From assembly GCA_035507575.1 (NCBI GenBank), contig DATJNY010000029.1:20067-84066 (forward strand): DNA of 64,000 bases, in the 5' to 3' direction. This stretch comes from Thermoplasmata archaeon. Its GTDB lineage: Archaea > Thermoplasmatota > Thermoplasmata > Lutacidiplasmatales > UBA184. Under the pieces are notes generated by a model. That model searched no databases, was not told where the DNA came from, and worked only from the letters and a program-made list of their open reading frames with translations. The position numbers were made by a program, and so were the translations under genes. How positions within the stretch are numbered: the stretch's first letter is position 1; every line of letters starts with the position of its first letter. Of the stretch, positions 18,388 through 26,459 are shown piece by piece.

Positions 18388-20065
18388 CCGCCGGAGTCTC
18401 CTCCGCCCGCAGCACCCGTCGCAGCACCTTCTGGACGCCGCTCTTCGGCAGGGCGTCCCGGAACTCCACCGAGCGCGGGGCCTTGTAGTGGGCGATCCGG
18501 TCGCGCACGAAGGCGATCAGGTCGGCTTCGGTGACCGTGGAACCCGGCTTCCGAACCACGAAGGCCTTGAGCACTTCGCCGTGCTCGGCGTCCGGCCCGC
18601 CGACGACCGCGACGTCCTCGACCGCGGGATGCTGGAAGAGCACTTCTTCGACCTCGCGCGGGTAGACCTTCATCCCGCCGACGTTCACCATGTCCTTCTT
18701 CCGGTCGACGATGTACGCGTAGCCGTCCGCGTCGAGACGGGCCGCGTCGCCCGTGAGGAACCACCCGTCCCGGAGGACGTGGGCGGTCTCCTCGGGATGG
18801 CCGAAGTAGCCGAGCATCACCTGGGGGCCGCGGACGGCCAGCTCGCCGACCTCGCCCGGGCCGAGCTCGCGCGTCCCGGTCTCGAGATCGACGATCCGCT
18901 GGTCGGTGCTCGGGAGCGGAAGGCCGATCGAACCGGCCCGCCGCTCGCCGCGTAGGGGGTTCGCGTGCGTGCCGGGCGACGTCTCGCTCAACCCGTATCC
19001 TTCGACCACCGAGCCCCCCGTCAACTCCTCGAAGCGACGAGCGACCTCGATGGGGAGGGGCGCCGATCCCGAGAGGCAGTACTTGATCGAGCGGATCCGG
19101 TGCTTCGCGATGTCCGGCTGGTGGTTGAACGCGTTGTAGAGCGCCGGGACCCCGGGGAACTGCGTGGGCTGATACTTGTCGATGAGGCGCAGCAATTCCG
19201 GCACGTCCGGCCGGGTCTGCATCACGATCGCGGCCCCGTCGGAGAGTCCGAGGAGCAGCGCGATCGTCAGCCCGTAGATGTGGAAGAAGGGAATCGAGGC
19301 GAGGATGACCTCCTCCCCCGAGACACGGGTCGTGTTCCAGGCGTTCGCCTGCGCGATGTTCGCCACGAGATTGCGATGGGTCAGCATCGCGGCCTTGGGC
19401 ACGCCGGTGGTGCCGCCGGTGTACTGGTAGACGGCGACCGTCTGGGCCGGATCGCCCTGGTAGGGGGCGATCGAGTCCTGGCTTCGCCGCGCGGCCGAAT
19501 ACGGATGCACCCACTCCTCGTGCGGGAATTCGGTTGGCATCTTGCGCCGGCGCAGGACCGAGTTCACGAACGGCCGGACATACCACGGGTAGAAGTCGCG
19601 GAGCCGCGCCACGTACGCGACGGGCACCGGGTATTCGGCGCGGACCTTCGCCACGTTCGGGAAGAGGATCTCCAGCGTGACGATCGCCTTCGGACCCGAA
19701 TCGCGGAGGACCCGAGAGAGGTCCTGACCGAGATACAGCGGGCTGACCTGGACGGCGATCGCCCCGAGGCGCAGGGTGGCGAACAGCGCGATCGGGTACA
19801 GCGGGCAGTTCGGCAGGTAGAGCGCGACCCGGTCCCCCGGCCCGATCCCGTCGCGTCGCAGCGACGCCGCGAGCCGCTCGCTCTCGGCCCAGAAGCGTCG
19901 GTAGGTCCATTTCGACCCGTAGTAGATCAGGGCCGTGTGGTCCGCCCACTTCTGGCAGCTTTGCTCGATGAGGTCGGTGAGCAGGACGTTCGGGACCTCG
20001 ATCGTCGGCGGGACGTCGGCGGGGTACTTCTTGAGCCAGACCCGCTCGAGCGACGGGGCGGACAC
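18368..20065 (-). CDS. Long-chain fatty-acid--CoA ligase (AMP-dependent synthetase)
   Basis: Motifs: YQYTGGTTGVPKAAMLTHRNL, GYGLSETSP, TGDAARLDADGYAYIVDRKKD and VGGMKVYPREVE. Confidence 0.9.
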   Translation of the reverse strand: MSAPSLERVWLKKYPADVPPTIEVPNVLLTDLIEQSCQKWADHTALIYYGSKWTYRRFWAESERLAASLRRDGIGPGDRVALYLPNCPLYPIALFATLRLGAIAVQVSPLYLGQDLSRVLRDSGPKAIVTLEILFPNVAKVRAEYPVPVAYVARLRDFYPWYVRPFVNSVLRRRKMPTEFPHEEWVHPYSAARRSQDSIAPYQGDPAQTVAVYQYTGGTTGVPKAAMLTHRNLVANIAQANAWNTTRVSGEEVILASIPFFHIYGLTIALLLGLSDGAAIVMQTRPDVPELLRLIDKYQPTQFPGVPALYNAFNHQPDIAKHRIRSIKYCLSGSAPLPIEVARRFEELTGGSVVEGYGLSETSPGTHANPLRGERRAGSIGLPLPSTDQRIVDLETGTRELGPGEVGELAVRGPQVMLGYFGHPEETAHVLRDGWFLTGDAARLDADGYAYIVDRKKDMVNVGGMKVYPREVEEVLFQHPAVEDVAVVGGPDAEHGEVLKAFVVRKPGSTVTEADLIAFVRDRIAHYKAPRSVEFRDALPKSGVQKVLRRVLRAEETPAATGPAR

Positions 20066-20069
20066 GGGT

Positions 20070-20468
20070 TCACCCCCCCGACGGGGCGTCGGATTCTTTC
20101 GCGAACTGGACTCCGGGCTTATAGCCCGGAACGAAGCGTACGCGCGTGCCGATCGCGAGCTCGGCTTCCGCCTTCACCGAAGGCATCCAGCCAGTGACTC
20201 GACCGCCGCCATCGAGCTCGACCACGACGTACGCATACGGCGCGTCGTTCAGGAACTCGTCGCCGGGGACTGTGAGGACGGTGAATGCGACGACCGAGCC
20301 TCGCTCCGCGAGCTTCGTCTCCACGAGGTCCGCCCGGCCGCAGCGGGGACAGGCGAGACCCCAGGTCGCCGTGACGAGCCCGCAATTCGGGCAGCGAAAC
20401 CCGCGAAGCTGCCGCTCCTCCTCGTAGCCGTGAACGAACTCCTGGATCGAATGCGGAGCGCGCGGCAA
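20070..20468 (-). CDS. DUF35 zinc-ribbon/OB-fold protein (thiolase-associated scaffold)
   Basis: A CPNCG...CPRCG rubredoxin-like ribbon is followed by an OB segment (GSVVAFTVL...YAYVVVELDGG.RV). It lies immediately downstream of the thiolase gene. Confidence 0.8.
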   Translation of the reverse strand: MPRAPHSIQEFVHGYEEERQLRGFRCPNCGLVTATWGLACPRCGRADLVETKLAERGSVVAFTVLTVPGDEFLNDAPYAYVVVELDGGGRVTGWMPSVKAEAELAIGTRVRFVPGYKPGVQFAKESDAPSGG

Positions 20469-20492
20469 TTCTTCGGACGCGACGACCCCCCC

Positions 20493-21647
20493 TCAGCGCC
20501 GGGAGAAAATGTGCACGGAACAGGAGCCGCCGGTCGCCCCGACATTGTGGGCCAGCGCGGTCTCGGCCTTCGGCACGGCTCGACCGCCCGCCAGCCCGTT
20601 GAATTGCTCGAAGATCTCGACGACCTGGCTCGCGCCCGTCGCGCTCACCGGGTGGCCTTTCGCCTTAAGCCCACCCGAAGGATTGACCGGCAGCTTCCCG
20701 TCGCGGGCGGTGACGCCGTCGACTTCCGCCGCTCCCGCCGTCCCTCGGGGGACGAAGCCGAGATCTTCGAGGGCGAGCAGCTCGGCGATGGTGAAGCAGT
20801 CGTGGACTTCCAGGAAGTCGATCGCGGTGCGCTCGAGCTTCGCCTGGCGGAACGCCTTTTCCGCGGCGGTTCGGGTCGCCGGAAGCCCGAGAAGGTCGGG
20901 ACGATCCTGCATCTCGGTGATCGACCCCGCGCGGGCGGAGGCCCGGATCACCAGCGGCTCGGTCGTCGGCTGCTTCATGAACTCCTTCGCGGCCACCACC
21001 ACGGCCGCGGCCCCGTCCGAGAACGGGCAGCAGTCGAACAGCCGGAGCGGCGAGGCGATCATGGGCGAGTTGAGGTACGTCTCCATCGTGATCTCCTTCT
21101 GGAATTGGGCGTGCGGGTTCCGGGCCGCGTTCGCGTGGTTCTTCACCGCCACGCTGCCGAGGACCTCCGGTTTCATGGGGAACGCCTTCTGGTAGGCGTT
21201 CGCGAGCGTCGCGTAGAGTCCCGGGAAGGTCGCCCCGTTCTTCGTTTCGAACGCGTAGTCGGCCGCCTCCGCGAAGTAACTCGTGGCGGTCAACGTGTCG
21301 AGATGCGAGAGCTTCTCCACCCCGACGACGAGAGCGGCGTCGGCGAACCCTCCCGCCACGTGAACGAACGCCTCGTGAAGCCCCGCGCTCGAGGAGGAGC
21401 ACGCCGATTCGATCGTGCACGACGGGACGTCCGGGATCCCGAGCCCGCCGTTGATCAACGGTCCGACGTGACCCTGCTTCTCGGTGAGCCCGAAGCAGTT
21501 CGACACGAAGGTGTAGCCGATGTCCTTCGGCTCTAGGCCGGCCTGACGGATCGCTTCGAGCGAGACGCGCGTCGCCGCCTCGCGGCCGGTCTCCTTCATC
21601 TTGCCGAACCGATTCGAGGCGGCACCGACCACCCACGCTTCGCGCAT
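20493..21647 (-). CDS. Thiolase (SCP-x/archaeal acetoacetyl-CoA thiolase type)
   Basis: Motifs: ...TIESACSSSSAGLHEA...VVGVEK...GGLKAKGHPVSATG...NVGATGGS. Confidence 0.85.
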   Translation of the reverse strand: MREAWVVGAASNRFGKMKETGREAATRVSLEAIRQAGLEPKDIGYTFVSNCFGLTEKQGHVGPLINGGLGIPDVPSCTIESACSSSSAGLHEAFVHVAGGFADAALVVGVEKLSHLDTLTATSYFAEAADYAFETKNGATFPGLYATLANAYQKAFPMKPEVLGSVAVKNHANAARNPHAQFQKEITMETYLNSPMIASPLRLFDCCPFSDGAAAVVVAAKEFMKQPTTEPLVIRASARAGSITEMQDRPDLLGLPATRTAAEKAFRQAKLERTAIDFLEVHDCFTIAELLALEDLGFVPRGTAGAAEVDGVTARDGKLPVNPSGGLKAKGHPVSATGASQVVEIFEQFNGLAGGRAVPKAETALAHNVGATGGSCSVHIFSRR

Positions 21648-21684
21648 CGCCCTCCCTCCGAGCGAACGAGACCGGCGACCGTCT

Positions 21685-22008
21685 TTAGGCTATGCCGCCC
21701 CGACGGGGGATCTGCTCGTCGACCTCGGTCCCGGGTAGGTCGAGAAGGCGGCGAAGACGAGCGAATGCGCGCTCGGCCGCCGCGGGGTCGCGGGTCTTGA
21801 ACAAGAGGCGTCCCGATCGGCTGATCGTGACTTCGGGATCCGTGGCGGCGAGGAGCATGACGCGGGCGTCGACGACCGCGATCCCCTCCCGCTCGAGCGC
21901 CTCCCGGGCCAACGCCAGGTCGAGGCGGAGTGGCGGGTCGGGGATCGCCTCGTACCCTCCGTTGTTGGAGCAGAGCTTGAGCTTCCGATACATGGACGCG
22001 GGGGCCAT
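21685..22008 (-). CDS. Hypothetical small protein (weak resemblance to the C-terminal domain of ThiF/MoeB-type E1-like enzymes)
   Basis: It is 107 aa with high GC3. The segment EVTISRSGRLLFKTRDPAAAERAF recalls the ...GRaliKGt.d...A motif of ThiF C-termini. There is no other support. Confidence 0.4.
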   Translation of the reverse strand: MAPASMYRKLKLCSNNGGYEAIPDPPLRLDLALAREALEREGIAVVDARVMLLAATDPEVTISRSGRLLFKTRDPAAAERAFARLRRLLDLPGTEVDEQIPRRGGIA

Positions 22009-22065
22009 AGAGCGCGCTCCACCTGAAGATTCGCGTTCGCGCCGGGCGACTCGCGGGACTCCTCG

Positions 22066-22839
22066 GTGTCCGCGAATCGAGCGAATTTAGGTAGATTTAT
22101 GTACCCGACTGGCCCGTGGCGCGACCAACCGTCTCAGGTGGCGAACGTGGCGCAACCGTACTACCAAGAGCCGCCGGAAGCCCAGTCGATCAAATCGATG
22201 CTCCACATCGCGAGGATCCTCGCGATCATCTTCGGCATCCTCCTGCTGCTGGGCGGTCTCGCCTACGCGGCGGTGGTCGCGTACTACGCCAGCGTCTGCT
22301 CGACGGTCCTCTACGATTCGTATTGTGGCGCGTCCGTTGGCTTCCTGCTCATCTGGCCGATCCTGATCATCATCTGGGGGGTCGTCGACTTCCTCATTTA
22401 CATGCAGATGAAGGCAATCGAGGACATGGTCAACGCCCGCCAGTACGAGGCGGCCAAGGCGAAGACCCTGATCTGGATGATCCTCGGATTCATCATCGGT
22501 GGCATCATCCTCGGGGTCATCCTGCTGATCGCCTACATCAAGTTCGACCCGCTCATCAACGCGCAACGCGCGATGATGGGAGGCCAGCCCCCCGCCGGCG
22601 GCTACCCACCGCAGCAGCCGATGTACGCCCAACCGCCGCCCGCATACGGTGCGCCCCCGCCGCAGGCCGCTCCCGCGCCCATGGCGGCCCCGGCGCCCAT
22701 GGCGGCACCGGCTCCGGCGCCCGCGCCGATGCCCCCCGCGGCCCCCCAGGTCCCGTTCTGCCCGACCTGCGGCCAGCCGGGGACTTGGGTTCCTCAGTAC
22801 AGCCGCTACTACTGCTACAACGACAAGCAGTACCTCTGA
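22066..22839 (+). CDS. Four-TM membrane protein with a Pro/Ala-rich linker and a C-terminal zinc-ribbon-like motif
   Basis: Four hydrophobic helices are followed by PPAGGYPPQQPMYAQPPPAYGAPPPQAAPAPMAAPAPMAAP... and FCPTCGQPGTWVPQYSRYYCYNDKQY. The start is uncertain: ATG 22066, ATG 22099 or GTG 22138. Confidence 0.6.
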   Translation: MSANRANLGRFMYPTGPWRDQPSQVANVAQPYYQEPPEAQSIKSMLHIARILAIIFGILLLLGGLAYAAVVAYYASVCSTVLYDSYCGASVGFLLIWPILIIIWGVVDFLIYMQMKAIEDMVNARQYEAAKAKTLIWMILGFIIGGIILGVILLIAYIKFDPLINAQRAMMGGQPPAGGYPPQQPMYAQPPPAYGAPPPQAAPAPMAAPAPMAAPAPAPAPMPPAAPQVPFCPTCGQPGTWVPQYSRYYCYNDKQYL

Positions 22840-22890
22840 ATCGGGGATCCCCGGTTCGGGTCGAACCCCTTCCGGGCGTTCGCGTCCGGC

Positions 22891-23517
22891 CTACAGGATG
22901 ACGGCTTTCCGAACGCAGTCGTCGATGATCTGGTCGACGTCCAGCTGATCCTCCTCGCGAAGGATCTGCAGCAGATTCGAGCGCGTAGCGGGCTTGTCCG
23001 GCACGGCCTGGCAGCACACGCCGGGCCGAGTGGAGATCCCATAGGTTCCGATCTCTTTGGCGACCGCCTCGATCTCCTGCTTGTCGAATCCGATCAGCGG
23101 CCGGACGATCGGCAGTCGGACGGAGACCGTCGCGTTGTGCATGTTCGAGAGGGTCTGCGAGGCGACCTGACCCAGCGCTTCGCCGGTGACGAGGAACGTG
23201 GCGCCCTCGCGCTCGGCCACGCGCTCCGCGGAGCGCCACATGAAGCGCCGGCAGAGCACGCAACCGACGTGGCGGTCGGTGTTCCGCATGATCGTCGTCT
23301 GGGTCGAGCCGTGGGGGATGAGATAGAGGGGGATCGGCTGGCCATACCGTTGGCGCAGGAGTCCCAAGTGGTCCACGACCTTCTCGAGCGGGGAGTCGTC
23401 CGTGAACGGCCGATTGTCCATGTGGACCGCGACGATCTCGTGCCCTTGGCGGAGCATGTAGTGCAATGCCACCGGCGAGTCGATGCCGCCGCTCATCAGC
23501 ATCACCCCCCGCGCCAT
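22891..23517 (-). CDS. thiI: ThiI-like PP-loop ATPase domain protein (no THUMP or rhodanese domain)
   Basis: The MLMSGGIDSPVAL PP-loop, GCVLCRRFM, FLVTGEALGQVASQTLSN, RPLIGFDKQEI and GVCCQAVPDKP match the ThiI catalytic domain. The protein is only 208 aa. Confidence 0.75.
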   Translation of the reverse strand: MARGVMLMSGGIDSPVALHYMLRQGHEIVAVHMDNRPFTDDSPLEKVVDHLGLLRQRYGQPIPLYLIPHGSTQTTIMRNTDRHVGCVLCRRFMWRSAERVAEREGATFLVTGEALGQVASQTLSNMHNATVSVRLPIVRPLIGFDKQEIEAVAKEIGTYGISTRPGVCCQAVPDKPATRSNLLQILREEDQLDVDQIIDDCVRKAVIL

Positions 23518-23611
23518 ACGGAACCGACCACCCTCGCCGCGCTATTTACATCTGGCTCCGCGGGGACGTGCGGTGAGCCGGAGGTAAATACCGCCCGAGG
23601 GTCGATGCGAC

Positions 23612-24430
23612 GTGGTTGAGACGGCGTCCGAGCCGATCGAGCTCCAGGTCCTCGACGAGGGCCGGGGCCCGGCGATCCTGCTGCTGCACGGGGCGGGCCT
23701 GAGCCGCTCGGTATGGAACGACGTCGTCGCGGGGCTCGCCCCCGGTTTCCGGGTCCTCGCGGTGGATCTTCGGGGTCACGGGCGGAGCTCGAACCCCCCG
23801 TCGTCCACCTTCAGCTTCCTCGAACTGGAAGGGGACCTGCTCCGTCTGCTCGACGCGAAGCAGCTCGACCGCGTGTACGTCGTCGGGCACTCGGGCGGAG
23901 CCCTCCTCGCGCTCCGCTTCACCCTCGACCATCCCGAGCGGGTCTCCGGTCTCGTCATGATCTCGGGGGCGGCGTACACCGACTCGCATACCCGTTCGAT
24001 CACGCAGCGATGGACCGACACCTACCAGCACGAGGGTCCGGACGCTTTCGGGCTTCGGCTGCTGAAGGACCTCTACTACCCGGATTGGATCGAAGCGCAC
24101 CTCGACTTCGCGGACCGGGTGCGGGCCGCGGTCCAGCGTCAAGATCTCGCCCCCGCGACCCGCTGGAGCGACGCGATGGCGAAATTCGATGAGAAGGCCC
24201 GCGTGCCCTCGATCCGGGTTCCGACCTTGATCGTCCAAGCGATGGACGACCAGGTCGTGGACGCCTCCCACGGACGGATCCTCCGACAGTCGATCCCGGG
24301 AGCGCAGATCCGGATCCTCCCCCAGACGGGCCATATGGTCCCGCTGGAGCGCCCGAAGGAGACCGTGGAAGCCATCGCTGCCTTCGTCCGCGCCGCCGAG
24401 GAGCAGCGGGGCGTCCCGCGGGCGAGCTGA
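23612..24430 (+). CDS. Alpha/beta hydrolase
   Basis: Motifs: LLLHGAGLSRSVW..., a nucleophile elbow VVGHSGGA, and a C-terminal ...GHMVPLERP. Confidence 0.8.
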   Translation: MVETASEPIELQVLDEGRGPAILLLHGAGLSRSVWNDVVAGLAPGFRVLAVDLRGHGRSSNPPSSTFSFLELEGDLLRLLDAKQLDRVYVVGHSGGALLALRFTLDHPERVSGLVMISGAAYTDSHTRSITQRWTDTYQHEGPDAFGLRLLKDLYYPDWIEAHLDFADRVRAAVQRQDLAPATRWSDAMAKFDEKARVPSIRVPTLIVQAMDDQVVDASHGRILRQSIPGAQIRILPQTGHMVPLERPKETVEAIAAFVRAAEEQRGVPRAS

Positions 24431-24474
24431 CCCCCGGGCGCGCCCTTATCAAGCTCCGGCGCGATTGCCGGCCG

Positions 24475-24648
24475 ATGGCCCCCGACGACGCCGGCGAGAT
24501 GGCCGAGAAGGTCGCTCAGCTCGAGAAGGATCTGGTCGAGCTGCGACGGCGCCTCGCTGCCCTCGAAAAGCAGCTCGACCCCCGCTCGGAGCACCCGTCC
24601 GACCGGACCGCGGTGCGCGAGAAGGTCGCGTACGACTGGCAGGCGTAG
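24475..24648 (+). CDS. Unannotated 57-aa coiled-coil peptide ORF
   Basis: ATG at 24475 to TAG at 24648: MAPDDAGEMAEKVAQLEKDLVELRRRLAALEKQLDPRSEHPSDRTAVREKVAYDWQA. GC3 is very high. It ends 3 nt before the Nudix ATG. It falls below the ORF-track length cutoff. Confidence 0.4.
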   Translation: MAPDDAGEMAEKVAQLEKDLVELRRRLAALEKQLDPRSEHPSDRTAVREKVAYDWQA

Positions 24649-24651
24649 GCG

Positions 24652-25317
24652 ATGCCGCCGGGCGCCTCGGCCGGTACGGCGCCCCGCTCGATCGACGATC
24701 TGCTCGCCCGGCACGAGGACCTCACTCCCCCGGTCGGCACCGCGGGGGCGGCGGTCACCATCCTCCTTCGCGACGGCCGATCCGACGTCGAAATTCTACT
24801 CATCGAACGGACCGAACGAGAGACCGACCCCGCGTCCGGCCAGGTCGCGTTCCCGGGCGGACGGGTCGACGACGGGGACAGTTCGATGCGCGCGACCGCA
24901 TTGCGCGAGCTCCAGGAGGAGGTCGGGCTGACCGCCGCCGACCTCGCCGGGCCCCCGCGGTACGTCACGACGGCAAACGCCGCCCGATTCCACCTGAAAG
25001 TCGCGATCTTTGTCGCCGCGCTCGGCCCGAACGGTCAGCCTCCGACCGCGCGCAGCGCGGACGAGGTGGCGCACGTGTTCTGGCTCCCCCGCTCGGCCCT
25101 CGCCAACACCGTTCGGGTGCACCGAGAGACCGGGCTCGGACTCCTCGAGGTGCCGGCGACGGTCTACGAAGGTCACGTCCTTTGGGGGTTCACGCGCCGC
25201 TGTCTCCGCGAGTTCTTCGGACTCCCTACCGAGGACGAGTGGGCCGGCCCGGCGTTCGCCGTGTCGACCCCGGAGCCGGCCGAAGAGCCCGGCGACGGCC
25301 GCCCACCATCCTCCTGA
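24652..25317 (+). CDS. Nudix hydrolase (CoA pyrophosphatase-like)
   Basis: The Nudix box GQVAFPGGRVDDGDSSMRATALRELQEEVGL is preceded by ILLIERTERE, similar to the NudL/NUDT7 signature. Confidence 0.8.
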   Translation: MPPGASAGTAPRSIDDLLARHEDLTPPVGTAGAAVTILLRDGRSDVEILLIERTERETDPASGQVAFPGGRVDDGDSSMRATALRELQEEVGLTAADLAGPPRYVTTANAARFHLKVAIFVAALGPNGQPPTARSADEVAHVFWLPRSALANTVRVHRETGLGLLEVPATVYEGHVLWGFTRRCLREFFGLPTEDEWAGPAFAVSTPEPAEEPGDGRPPSS

Positions 25318-25362
25318 CACGACGGCCGACGCCATTATCCGCATCCTGGGCGTCGTTGGACC

Positions 25363-25572
25363 ATGCCGGTCGGCTGGACGCGACGGCTCACCTGCCCGAA
25401 GTGTGGGGGTGCGTTCGACTACGAGTTCATTCCGGGGGCGTCGTTCACCGCGATCCGTCTCGGCACGTCCCGCTACATGCGGTGCCCGATCTGCCGGCGC
25501 TTTTCGGTCTTCAAGATGACGGGACCGGAAACGGCCCCACTCCCGCCGCCGCCTTCTCCGGGGGCGCCGTGA
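25363..25572 (+). CDS. Small zinc-ribbon protein
   Basis: It is 69 aa with CPKCG...(30 aa)...CPIC. A TATA-like CATTATCC element lies about 28 nt upstream. Confidence 0.6.
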   Translation: MPVGWTRRLTCPKCGGAFDYEFIPGASFTAIRLGTSRYMRCPICRRFSVFKMTGPETAPLPPPPSPGAP

Positions 25573-25805
25573 CCGATTCGGCCGCTACCCCGCCCGCCGT
25601 GCCGCGCTTCAGCGACAGCCGCACGACCTTGCGCGGGCTCGCGATCCTTCTTCCCGCGATCGCCGCGACGGTCGTCGGCCTCGTCGTACTCGCCCCCCGC
25701 CCCGAGCCGGCGCTGGAGATCAGTCTCCTCATCGCGGCCGCGCTGCTCGCGATCGTGGCGATCGGGGTGGCTTGGGGCCGACCCGAGCGGACCGGTCGCG
25801 CGTAG
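25569..25805 (+). CDS. Small two-TM membrane protein
   Basis: An in-frame GTG overlaps the previous stop (GTGA). The sequence VTDSAATPP...LAILLPAIAATVVGLVVLA...ISLLIAAALLAIVAIGVAW forms two hydrophobic helices. It is the 3' part of the artefactual long ORF 24465..25805. Confidence 0.5.
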   Translation: MTDSAATPPAVPRFSDSRTTLRGLAILLPAIAATVVGLVVLAPRPEPALEISLLIAAALLAIVAIGVAWGRPERTGRA

Positions 25806-25847
25806 CGGCTCCCGGGAAGCCCCGGTCACCTCAACGGTCGTCCAATG

Positions 25848-25868
25848 CTTTAAATACCTCCTTAAATA
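25848..25868 (+). promoter_or_regulatory. Tandem TATA boxes upstream of tbp (TTTAAATA and TTAAATA)
   Basis: The direct repeat is CTTTAAATACCTCC / CTTAAATACTCC. The proximal copy lies 28 nt upstream of the TTG start at 25890. Confidence 0.6.
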
Positions 25869-25889
25869 CTCCCGCGGCCGGGGATTCCT

Positions 25890-26438
25890 TTGGTCAAGAT
25901 TCGGATCGAGAACGTGGTGGCGTCGACCTCCCTCGGCGACGAACTCGACCTTCAGTCGATCGCGCTCGGGTTGGACGGGGCGGAGTACGAGCCCGAACAG
26001 TTCCCCGGTCTCATCTACCGCCTGAAGCAGCCGAAGACCGCCATCCTGCTGTTCCGTTCCGGGAAGGTCGTCTGCACCGGCGCGAAGAGCATGCACGAGG
26101 TCGAAGAGTCGATCCACACCGTCGCGGCCCAGATCAAGAAGGGCGGCCAGAAGATCAACATGAAGCCGAAGATCGAGGTCCAGAACATCGTCGCGAGCTC
26201 GGACCTCGAGAGCGAGATCAACCTGAACGCGATCGCCGTCACGCTGGGCCTGGACCGGGTCGAGTACGAACCCGAGCAGTTCCCCGGGCTCGTCTGCCGC
26301 ATCGACGAACCGAAGGTCGTCGTGCTGCTGTTCGGCAGCGGCAAGCTCGTGTGCACCGGCGCGCGGAAGCCGTCGGACGTCGAGGTCGCGGTCAAGAAGA
26401 TCACGAAGGAGCTCCAGGGCGCGGGACTCCTGCGCTGA
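25890..26438 (+). CDS. tbp: TATA-box binding protein
   Basis: It has two TBP repeats: IENVVAS...LDLQSIAL...EYEPEQFPGLIYR...LLFRSGKVVCTGAKS and VQNIVAS...EYEPEQFPGLVCR...LLFGSGKLVCTGARK. It uses a TTG start. Confidence 0.95.
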   Translation: MVKIRIENVVASTSLGDELDLQSIALGLDGAEYEPEQFPGLIYRLKQPKTAILLFRSGKVVCTGAKSMHEVEESIHTVAAQIKKGGQKINMKPKIEVQNIVASSDLESEINLNAIAVTLGLDRVEYEPEQFPGLVCRIDEPKVVVLLFGSGKLVCTGARKPSDVEVAVKKITKELQGAGLLR

Positions 26439-26459
26439 GCCGGGGCTTCGACTCCCCGC

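Noticed and set aside
22675-22710. A tandem 18-nt DNA repeat (GCGCCCATGGCGGCCCCG / GCGCCCATGGCGGCACCG).
   Set aside because: It lies inside a CDS and simply encodes the low-complexity APMAAP linker. It is not a regulatory or CRISPR-like repeat.
22843-22867. The palindrome GGGGATCCCC and the hairpin GGTTCG-ggt-CGAACC in the 51-nt convergent gap after the 22066..22839 gene, as a possible bidirectional terminator.
   Set aside because: The stems are short (5-6 bp) and there is no T-run. Such GC palindromes are expected by chance in this composition. The signal is too weak to call.
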